Origin: a virus
Length of the DNA stretch: 64,000 nucleotides
IMG/VR virus record: IMGVR_UViG_3300009605_000020
Span: 1-64,000 of that record
Reading direction: 5' to 3' (one strand)
A program made the position numbers and the translations under genes. Below, in pieces: positions 58,801-64,000 of the stretch (the first letter of the stretch is position 1; each line of letters starts with the position of its first letter). The notes under the pieces were generated by a model, which saw only the letters and a list, made by a program, of their open reading frames with translations, was not told the DNA's origin and made no database searches.

Positions 58801-61192
58801 CTATATAATCGCCAGCAACAGAACTGGTTACAAAATTTTCATATGGATATTTTTCCGGTCGTACGCGAACTGCCAAGTTCCATCTAGTATTATTATAAAC
58901 ATCCTCGTAAAGATCGCTTTTTAGAAGCGGCATACTGCCGCCAGCTGTGCTCGTTAGTACAAAACGAACATTCGGAGACCTAAGCTCATCACGAACAGCA
59001 AATACTTGGAAATTACTTTCATCGAGTGCAGTCCAAGTAGTGTCGGCGCCGTTGGGAAGCGCGCTATGCATTCCGAATATTGATGCTGAAATAAAATTCC
59101 TACTTATATAATAGGGATGACTCTCGGGCGCCTTAATGGGCATCACCAAATCTACTTCGGTAGTAAAAGCAAATCCGCCAGTTAAATTAGTTGATCCGGT
59201 TATAAAAGATACCGAATTGGCGTTGCTAGAGTCAAGGAATTGATAGACCGATCCCTGAATGTTTTCTATCGTGTTGAAATCAACAAACTTTTTGGGTTCG
59301 ACAACTGCGCGCGCATTGTTTCGATACTCGTACTCAATATTGTTAGCATATAAATTAAATTTAATCAGCTCGTCATCAATTCCAAAACAACGAATTAAAT
59401 TGCGAAATGCTTTTTCAGTACCTTTAGACTTATAAATATAATTGAGATTATTATAGATATTTTGATATATCGTATTCTTAATATCACTCAACGACTTATC
59501 ATAGATAAGATCTTCACTTCGATCCGCTAATTTTTCTAAAACATCAGCATCTATAAAAAGCTCTGGCGACACAAGGCCGGCTGATTCTAAAAGCCTATTG
59601 GCAAAGGGGAGTGGTTTTTGGCTCCCATGGGGATAAGTGATATCTTTTAACGTATTTAAAGATTGAATTTGTAATTGTAGCGTATCAAAATAACTTCCCA
59701 TTATTTGGGCTAGACTCTTTAGTTCTCCAGAAGCCTCCTCGTCCTCTTCTAAAATCCATCCCGGAATTGAGTTATATATGGAAGCGTTATTTTGAATATC
59801 GTGCCGAGAGCCGCTACCTTCTAATTTTGCCTCCAGAGCTACTACCGCCGGATGGAAAGAATATATTATAGGATCTTTAAACTCTTTTATGGCCGCTCTA
59901 GAAATAACTATCGCAGATCCAGTATTTCTTGAGTTGGAAGTGTAACCAGTCCAGGTACCGTTTGAAATGCGCCCAGAGTAATCAAGCACCATTCTATCTG
60001 TAGAATCAATGCCCGTAATTCCTTCATTAAACTTATAATAAACGCCCAAATCTGTATTTACCAAATTAGTAGTATCTACACCGGGAGCTGGGTCCGAATT
60101 GGTTCCTCCACCTACTTGCGATATCCAGTATCGACCTATATCTTTAGAGCTTCTTTGCTTTTTCCAATATCGGAATTCATCCAATGAGGCGGATAACTTA
60201 CCTGCTCCCATCATTGCCGCCGAGCCAGATGGGCTTGTAATTAGCGCGCCAATATGTGCTTTAAGAGTCCCGGTGATCTGGTTAATACCCACTGATCCGA
60301 GCGTTTGTTCGTTGTTTAAGTCACCATTAACATAAAATTTAGTATTAACGCCGACAGAAGTGGATACACAAGTAATTGCATAATGATGCCAATTGTTATC
60401 AGCTACCGAAGCGGTTGTTAGAGTTGCACTCCCGATGGATACATCTTGAAATCCCGTTGTTCCTGAAAGTATCGTGAGCCTAAAAGGATTTAATCCATCG
60501 GTGGCGCCAGTTAGTTCTATGCTTAGGCGCCCGTAATCAACACTGGAAGATAACTTGTTGTTCCAGAGATCAAAAATAACTTCTTTTTCGGTAGATCCGG
60601 TTATAAATTGATCTTTCTTGAGCCAGAATTCAACTGAAACACCTTTGTCACGGAGATTAAACTCCAAATTGGAAGCTCTATTCTTTGCGGGATCCCAATA
60701 GTTTGACCCAGTAAACTGAACCATAGGATCCGACATACCATGCGGATTTTGATTGGGGCCTCCTATAAAAGAAATATACTCCCGAGTAGACGGAGTTCCA
60801 TAGCCATCAGCAGTTATAGGACCACTAGAAGCACCCCATCCATCAGCAGATAAAATAATAAATCCGTTAGTGCGAGGATATTGATTATCTAATAAATATA
60901 GATCTATATAGGTGGAATTATTTTCCCATTCCAATTTTTCTTTAAGAGAGCCGTCGTAGGGATAGGTGCCATAGACCCTTCCAATAGAGGCTTTGTAATA
61001 CTCTGCGGCCGACCCATAATAAGCAAAATTTTCTGGTCGTGAAAAATCTATTCTCGGAATAAATCTGTCTTCGTGTATTACATCTTGTTCGTGATACCCA
61101 ACAGACTCAACCTCAGAGGCAAGCTGCTCCTCGCTCATGTCAGAAATATTTTTTACACTGCTAGCAAGTTTATAGGTATCCTTCAAGCTCAT
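49889..61192 (-). CDS. Giant (3767 aa) baseplate wedge-like (gp7/P2 gpI-like) protein with multiple LamG/concanavalin-A domains
   Basis: YKSKGTEKAFRNLIRCFGI wedge motif. LamG patterns: SVEFWLK..WHHYAIT..FYVNG..LDEFRYW; FTVSTWV..WYHIV..FINGV..DQAIWDRQLS; WTHLAITYNG..MYIDG..DASFWN. Confidence 0.72.
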   Translation of the reverse strand: MSLKDTYKLASSVKNISDMSEEQLASEVESVGYHEQDVIHEDRFIPRIDFSRPENFAYYGSAAEYYKASIGRVYGTYPYDGSLKEKLEWENNSTYIDLYLLDNQYPRTNGFIILSADGWGASSGPITADGYGTPSTREYISFIGGPNQNPHGMSDPMVQFTGSNYWDPAKNRASNLEFNLRDKGVSVEFWLKKDQFITGSTEKEVIFDLWNNKLSSSVDYGRLSIELTGATDGLNPFRLTILSGTTGFQDVSIGSATLTTASVADNNWHHYAITCVSTSVGVNTKFYVNGDLNNEQTLGSVGINQITGTLKAHIGALITSPSGSAAMMGAGKLSASLDEFRYWKKQRSSKDIGRYWISQVGGGTNSDPAPGVDTTNLVNTDLGVYYKFNEGITGIDSTDRMVLDYSGRISNGTWTGYTSNSRNTGSAIVISRAAIKEFKDPIIYSFHPAVVALEAKLEGSGSRHDIQNNASIYNSIPGWILEEDEEASGELKSLAQIMGSYFDTLQLQIQSLNTLKDITYPHGSQKPLPFANRLLESAGLVSPELFIDADVLEKLADRSEDLIYDKSLSDIKNTIYQNIYNNLNYIYKSKGTEKAFRNLIRCFGIDDELIKFNLYANNIEYEYRNNARAVVEPKKFVDFNTIENIQGSVYQFLDSSNANSVSFITGSTNLTGGFAFTTEVDLVMPIKAPESHPYYISRNFISASIFGMHSALPNGADTTWTALDESNFQVFAVRDELRSPNVRFVLTSTAGGSMPLLKSDLYEDVYNNTRWNLAVRVRPEKYPYENFVTSSVAGDYIVELRGTHVQDGVVLDTFTLSGTINSPPAGFISDRKRLFAGSHRQNFTGSVLEFSDVKVAAARHWLTYLDDTTLTEHANDAFNCGTSNPHWYAFPFQPEASFGEIPELDTLALNWDFNQNTGSNSSGQFSVADLSSGSTQLAASRYDWLGPILNNQHTGRGDFFGANSTTAIDKDYIVNIRQNLPENLRSVDMISVLTSEEQEEFTPATRPVTFYFSFEKSLYQVISEEMINYFATIRDMHTLIGAPVNRYRMDYKDLSKVRQAFFLNVQNSTIDFDKFYEFYKWFDSSLSTMLQQLVPASADVAQNIRTMIESHILERNKYHSKFPTLNTKDPIIEGRICNILDPLGGWKFNHHPLNNLQSTNAYWWKDRATRLKPPLASGDAAVDFSREKIFESAGPQRPGYADDRSQFWDDNCADSRPYKLSVSRPLQLPGGNPRGQYPNKIWDFVFPATYPAGPLIKGMNIPANVMLTFEKDVETLKDITDIITPNQKKRLAWGINARINKHQSGSFDYQEAKGHLLAPFNLYSSSVATGYNQTVRERFMKGVMITDLHNDIYGELNGSPLQGPFTEQYVGGREYRHVALNKFDALKKGPNNLDYVEDRPEGFKLLLGMCTDRKLVNTTYNLVTSSNIGANSKKILTACKWPCTNHIFNTGWYMSAGAFDGSSDEFTVSTWVSASSELLDKGLASGIWSFGNEGAGTGFKRLRTIGTASSPAGMRLFFGAEYSAGGPTDAEWVLDVPLTSSKYLTEGPGWYHIVTAYNSGSQPPNVFINGVSASFSTWQTPAGNLVGTTGAGSVGAWYIAAYSGWSVKSTFHSGAFADQAIWDRQLSDAECLELYGVGGETTTTCTTISPLLTVEKKEIAVTSSGPINLTASAGLSVGLMSWYRFGDSPGDTLLNVDDAASEPPLTSLSFQCDGIPATIPVSCPEYMLDLTPADVAVAGGGTDLTCQITSSTYTNETSGALGIVDPQYPSPNAPAVSPPYLFDRPKGNLLRNVGTKRPVNVQNIQMTTGSTILGNYRMNYDVVQSNARSINDLFFREQSFDFSLYPLTVHHKLDNSRPPLALSGDRVVNTKAIELDDQPPGLRKYWSWSGSAPEIAYMNANTAETWQAWINLTASGQTNILFQDSDGVHAGDNFDTRRIKTDPNNKVIFLAKWDGGGTTAEWESPASAIPLNKWTHLAITYNGSSTSNSPTMYIDGAPVPVTEVVTPVGTIDPYVMSSAYIYIGWHTGENWAGYVSDASFWNTTLTSDQANKLYSQATLNLLGGELIAVRSNLIFWFRMGDGPGDSIAGIANIVGGASADLVHVGTPPGIIVDINPQACTRFGDKFALPNRDGRNSNQTIFVNKFSAPGGYEVQSRGYLEPAHEEVSPYNALPFRNRSVIDYGLSGSASVDPLAAQTITVVDQIGKNRGRNQRLTLHCGQFGHDAAYGTIPTDTYVTVPSYHKVNRNTKYRMETGSYFTASVYDNGWVTHPIPQSDRQYAWITASLTTGTMMLGYMGLSGGLPQSWPTIPESEVYSVETNNPGWRFWGQRIDSATWISMLGPTTGIPTDFVGLNTIVADPLDSSAQTLGYPSMSLERSGLVYKSNYINSTINYGIAPGNGFGVSYLSPDETTGPGGILNSILLNRGGPYGWPTWKQIRTRQHPVVRYQREHNILSQRDEPLPIYVGDYATAQQMKGLKGNTFKQYIEQPISSRHHALEFAFEGGQWNNIPGVPDAYNQMWASAPGTPIPPDNSVVAKVSWGNNIDYFSHQRLDNRLDLVPNVTFGQPYETLVNFALDASLNNSADSLIEYTERIYPREVNAYRTRTRTREEYSTDQIWLTPRGRRSQNPGFFADFRLNAVGTNVPNASMWPLDAHYPFSSMLADISQSTLPILGWGGTGFSAGELQNRYTRFGTYQGCLWQRANIAPGPLYNMRVFVGSGSSPGSGMGICDPVWGGDTYWDAPVQAGKDPYQPYEEYAEFIRLKGKDHTIVPEFRISEHIENLVINHNSDWLTDLDETTGLFDLTGGEVPEGEGGVVPGTQTDIIANSSQNNFYSVYGHTDFLKYFKVIDDDLNNKNINEGMRLKRKEIQLGCSAYIKFLPYKGFYPAERAAALTGLFSSSYFPHVESSFSSSVTGWQHTTAGPETRGAMRPLLEPLFAPGILFNTIKSGIAVSSFVIFNTSSTPKWDIGLVPKGESILDINAGSGGPSDLAGTKIATSTVWTTLPEGTINFGVRYSSSLNPQLNQNNFTPPASWWPPATPGGWYVNYLDAQGGYGFQRIPFEAMIKPSAYFGVNSISGAYIYDNGLPPSASFRQDQDPTKYKYRVGWNGMGSSLYELAIDNFLCETLNFFQDDTFGHMANFVSAREDEFASVTSGSYYAMTVDLRRPIINPGGDTTGSGQLVTIPDRSKFEMYERASAFGPPFAGNAYAGAFNCISPGSACAWEANFDPLTPSYYDGHGRATILFKAQYSGKPALSDILATSEFMYARSNNTADPLSIEAWGVHGPSAGSVWQQHIDQNVNLAETLISVPPDTDSNQDRWLIQSKFETPVLNFSKYTVSGSAASASITLPPNSLVPGYPHPLAPTTDTLSKKIISKGMWHQYGDIPAGGETIELSVDTPSYINSPTHGVLEEDNINSLASVVKFNTGSPKPVGNLRRQQTLAEAIIVVPFTVNQFGTRRSFFKLTEDMHGPGQASYLRCVDILRRYILPPKFDFVTNPASTGPTMTTELNPLSPVNSTGGPTMTTRLNPLSPVNSTGGPTMTAQLDPLSIGAGGSPTTISPEKILFYAFEFSVSISRQDLADIWQNLPPNIGTQFQKPDPLFIREKNLIDEMYNPETTLRWLVFKVKKRAEKDYNVFVKKNLTTDLATIPPNIESKYSYNWPYDYFSLVELVKIDTTVQYSPETAAQMMLDPNLGQDLLFPPSLGSGTPPLNILGQPYGSLPSKEPPSMRAPSLPLWMSPSRSMSSSGALRSVQRILQMMTKKRKI
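50543..50686. repeat. 54-bp tandem repeat (about 2.7 copies) encoding GPTMTxxLNPLSPVNSTG
   Basis: agtcatagtcgg... units start at 50564, 50618 and 50672. The two full copies are near-identical. Confidence 0.9.
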
Positions 61193-61195
61193 TTT

Positions 61196-62668
61196 TTATT
61201 CTTCTACTCTAAATTTAAATATCTCTGGTTGTTCCACCCATGCTCCGATGCTGTCATTGTAATAGGATGCCTTGATACCGTACATGTATTGAGCTTCCAA
61301 CAATGATATGTCTAAATCAAAATAATTTCCGTCTACATCATAGGACATATAAGTGCTCAAATCGCTTCCTGTTCCGTACGGTATTACATTTAGCTCGTCT
61401 GTTAACCTCACCACCTTATAAGACGCGCTAGCTATGCACTCGTTTGGAATTGTGTTCGTCGCCACGACATACATGTTAGGATCCCAATTCCTTTGTCGTA
61501 TAAAGAATCTGAAGCGTGCTGTCTCTTCTCTAGAATAGTTTGCCCTTAAGTTGGTTAGCGCTGTTATATAATTAAAGGTCGGGGCACTATCATAGGTCGG
61601 CACTAATTCGGGATAAACGGAGCCTGTTAAAACTTCTCCAATACCACTGCCAACTTCCCAAACATCATGAAGTGCTGTTAATGGGGTGGCCGCCGCAGTC
61701 ATAGCTAACGAAGCAGAATATATTCCCGTACTTACCCGTCCAGCTGTGGTTATGTAGCCTATGCCATCGATCGGTGAATACAGACGCAACATAGGTCCCG
61801 TCGGGAGGCCGGCCGAACTAGAGTACATTCGAACAATGAGGCCGGCGCCGGCGTTGGGAATATCTACAAGTCTACCTCGAATATAATTGTAATAATACAA
61901 AGTGTTTAAGTTATCGGCTGCTGGCGCCAGAGAGCTACTATAGTAAAAGTCGCATCGATTATCCTGGATACGTGAATCCCAGCGAGCTTCCACTACTGGC
62001 CGTTTAAAGAAAAATTCCGAGGATCTGGCAAAAAACTTCTTTGTATAGTATGACCTTGGGGCGGCCTCCTCTCCGGGAATCAGCCGAATCCCCACACCAT
62101 TATTGCCGCTAGTATATGTTCCAGCTACCCAGTCTTCTACAACGGTTGATATATCAACCGTCAGATCTTCCCAGCCCTCCCGAAAATGAGAGGTATATGA
62201 AGGATTAACTAAATAGTTTCCTCCGGTATTAGCCCATGGCCCTGTAGATCCGCGACGCATCCAATTAGATCCGGTCCCCCCATATGTGAGATCTTTATAT
62301 TCTTCCATATCAAGACCTGATCCCTCTTGCCATGATTGAGAAATGGGAGATATGGCTAATGTAAAATCGCGAGCTAGTGTAAATGGATGTTCTGCATTAT
62401 ACATTTTAAGATAAAAACTAACATTACCAACGCCTGGTATGTTTCCTGCCGCGCGATCTGCCACAATGTCCTGTACTGGGAAATTTATTAAAATTCTGGA
62501 CAGCTCTGAGCTTTGTCCACTGCTAGATGAAACTTGTCCATAAATTGAAAATACTTCTAAGCTGTCGGCGGCCCCCATATTGGATCCTGTGCCGCGCATC
62601 GTTAAATTTGCTTCAAAAGCATTCGTTATTGTATTGTCAGCATTAGCTACATATCTTTTAATTGCCAT
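61196..62668 (-). CDS. Structural protein with DNRLRE-like N-terminal domain
   Basis: ADNTI...N.G....LEV...SRILINF...FYLKMY...SWQEGSG...VDISTVVEDW...NNGVGI...FFARSS...P.VEARW. Confidence 0.55.
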   Translation of the reverse strand: MAIKRYVANADNTITNAFEANLTMRGTGSNMGAADSLEVFSIYGQVSSSSGQSSELSRILINFPVQDIVADRAAGNIPGVGNVSFYLKMYNAEHPFTLARDFTLAISPISQSWQEGSGLDMEEYKDLTYGGTGSNWMRRGSTGPWANTGGNYLVNPSYTSHFREGWEDLTVDISTVVEDWVAGTYTSGNNGVGIRLIPGEEAAPRSYYTKKFFARSSEFFFKRPVVEARWDSRIQDNRCDFYYSSSLAPAADNLNTLYYYNYIRGRLVDIPNAGAGLIVRMYSSSAGLPTGPMLRLYSPIDGIGYITTAGRVSTGIYSASLAMTAAATPLTALHDVWEVGSGIGEVLTGSVYPELVPTYDSAPTFNYITALTNLRANYSREETARFRFFIRQRNWDPNMYVVATNTIPNECIASASYKVVRLTDELNVIPYGTGSDLSTYMSYDVDGNYFDLDISLLEAQYMYGIKASYYNDSIGAWVEQPEIFKFRVEE

Positions 62669-64000
62669 TACTTAATTGACCCCTTAATGTCGACATTTGG
62701 ATATTTAAGTTCAAAAATGATCGTAGGAGACGCGTGTATCATACGCCCATCGGCAGCTAGCGCGTCTTTAAAGCTATAGCTCGTTTCAGAATATAGGCCC
62801 CCGGATTTATTAACCAATTCTACATCCGTAACATCGATAATGCCTGGCACGTCATTTAATACTTTATAAATATCCGAAATGTATATTGGCTCTCCAATAT
62901 CTTTTACTCTCGCAAAATGTGCCGTAAGTGCACTATTGGCATTCTTTAATAACGTGAAGCGGTTTGATTCATAATCAGCCAAAGCCACATAATTTACCCC
63001 AAAATTAACAATGAAAGCATCCAAAAGATCAATTGTATCATTAATCATTTTATACTGAGATAGCCAAGTTTTTAAGTTTGTTTTTATAAGTGAATTTGTT
63101 GTCACCAATTTGCCGGTAGCCGTGTCTTCTGATATGACATATAGATTTAAGTTTCTCTTGAATTCTGTGAAGTCTCTGATAACTGTACATCGTTTAACGG
63201 CGCCATATTGAGCGGGCATGCCATATGTCACAGCTTGATAATCTTGAGCCGTGACAGCTCTATTTTGGGCTGCATAATGCGACATCACACGTTGTTTGAT
63301 TTCTTCTGACGATGGGAGAGAAATATCTCCCAGAATCGGGCTTTCATTGGTGACCTCTAAGCTGTTTATAACTTCTACTCTTGTGGCGCTATTCAGAGCT
63401 GCCTGGTTGACAAACTTAATTCTAGGTGATAGAACTTGGCCAACAGTATTTGTCGCCGCATTAACATCCCGAGTTGTGTTTACTCGATATGATATAGTTA
63501 ATAAGGTGCTAGAGGGTCCTATACCAAACTTGTCAGTATCGATTAATCTAGTTGGGTCGAAGTCAACATCTGTTATGTAGTTGCGACCATGTAAGTCTAA
63601 TATCACCTGGGATGGATCAGCTACCGACTCAGCAAGCTTTTCAGAGTCTGACCCATATCCGAACTGCAAAAATGTTTGATTTCCTTCCCGCTCTAGTGTA
63701 AATCTACGAGCCACCGGGACCGCTTTTAAAATAGATGGGACCGACCCTCGTGAAGCATTAGTGTTTCTAATAGCCTTATAGATAATGTTTTGAGATAAAT
63801 TATCTACTTCTACATATTCATGACCTTCAGAGTCCATAACAGAAAGAATCTCAGCTACATTGTTTGTCGAAAGAGGAACCCGACGGAATCTTTCGAATCC
63901 GCCAATTTTTTTTGTTTCTCTCGCCACTCTGCCAGAGACAGCTCGGCCCTGAGCACGAATGACATAAGAAGTTGGCGTATCATTAACAACTGTTCCCACC
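62668..64000 (-). CDS. Baseplate wedge protein (T4 gp6 / baseplate J-like), 5' truncated by window
   Basis: LQFGYG, ISYRV, AAQNRAVTAQDY, IGEPIYISDIYKVLNDVPGIIDV, IFELKYPNVDIKG. Confidence 0.82.
   Translation of the reverse strand, partial: VGTVVNDTPTSYVIRAQGRAVSGRVARETKKIGGFERFRRVPLSTNNVAEILSVMDSEGHEYVEVDNLSQNIIYKAIRNTNASRGSVPSILKAVPVARRFTLEREGNQTFLQFGYGSDSEKLAESVADPSQVILDLHGRNYITDVDFDPTRLIDTDKFGIGPSSTLLTISYRVNTTRDVNAATNTVGQVLSPRIKFVNQAALNSATRVEVINSLEVTNESPILGDISLPSSEEIKQRVMSHYAAQNRAVTAQDYQAVTYGMPAQYGAVKRCTVIRDFTEFKRNLNLYVISEDTATGKLVTTNSLIKTNLKTWLSQYKMINDTIDLLDAFIVNFGVNYVALADYESNRFTLLKNANSALTAHFARVKDIGEPIYISDIYKVLNDVPGIIDVTDVELVNKSGGLYSETSYSFKDALAADGRMIHASPTIIFELKYPNVDIKGSIK

Noticed and set aside
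12895-61196. Systematic stop-codon readthrough or recoding, suggested by several in-frame gene junctions (12920/12895, 15249/15242, 21033/21020, 22176/22175, 49889/49882, 61196/61192)
   Set aside because: About 9 of roughly 45 junctions are in frame, no more than the one third expected by chance. All three stop codons end conserved genes at expected positions, and coding density is already near-complete in code 11.
750-63580. The many plus-strand and nested ORFs in the track (for example 750-1223, 7335-7736, 15964-16410, 19582-20061, 26776-27255)
   Set aside because: They are antisense or alternate-frame shadows of long minus-strand genes, with no motifs or SDs and composition typical of reverse-complement codons.

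Overview
A 64-kb, fully minus-strand, densely packed morphogenesis region of a large T4-related (Tevenvirinae-like, probably jumbo-sized) contractile-tailed phage in standard genetic code. In transcription order (right to left) it carries baseplate wedge and accessory genes, including a 3767-aa multi-LamG protein. Next come an embedded RuvC / primase / fused Mre11-Rad50 cassette, a holin and spanin-like cassette, the large terminase, portal, prohead protease, candidate internal head proteins and a phage-encoded ribosomal protein bS21. These are followed by fibre/decoration genes, scaffold, major capsid protein, neck proteins, tail terminator, sheath, tube, tail-assembly chaperone, tape measure and a tube initiator. 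The main unexplained signals are these: (1) strong enrichment of a [ST]-[GAS]-[ST] tripeptide in predicted exterior virion proteins only, a candidate modification or glycosylation sequon; (2) an apparent +1/-2 programmed frameshift (GAC TTT TTT TGG) in the tail chaperone; (3) an ACTAWWTA motif in essentially every intergenic gap, resembling the T4 late promoter in reverse orientation; (4) a scaffold-like C-terminal RxxxLAG[IL] tag on a membrane-like head protein; (5) a 16-aa Cys-Cys micro-ORF; and (6) a collapsed remnant of a third paralog. All protein calls rest on motif recognition and synteny, with no database search.
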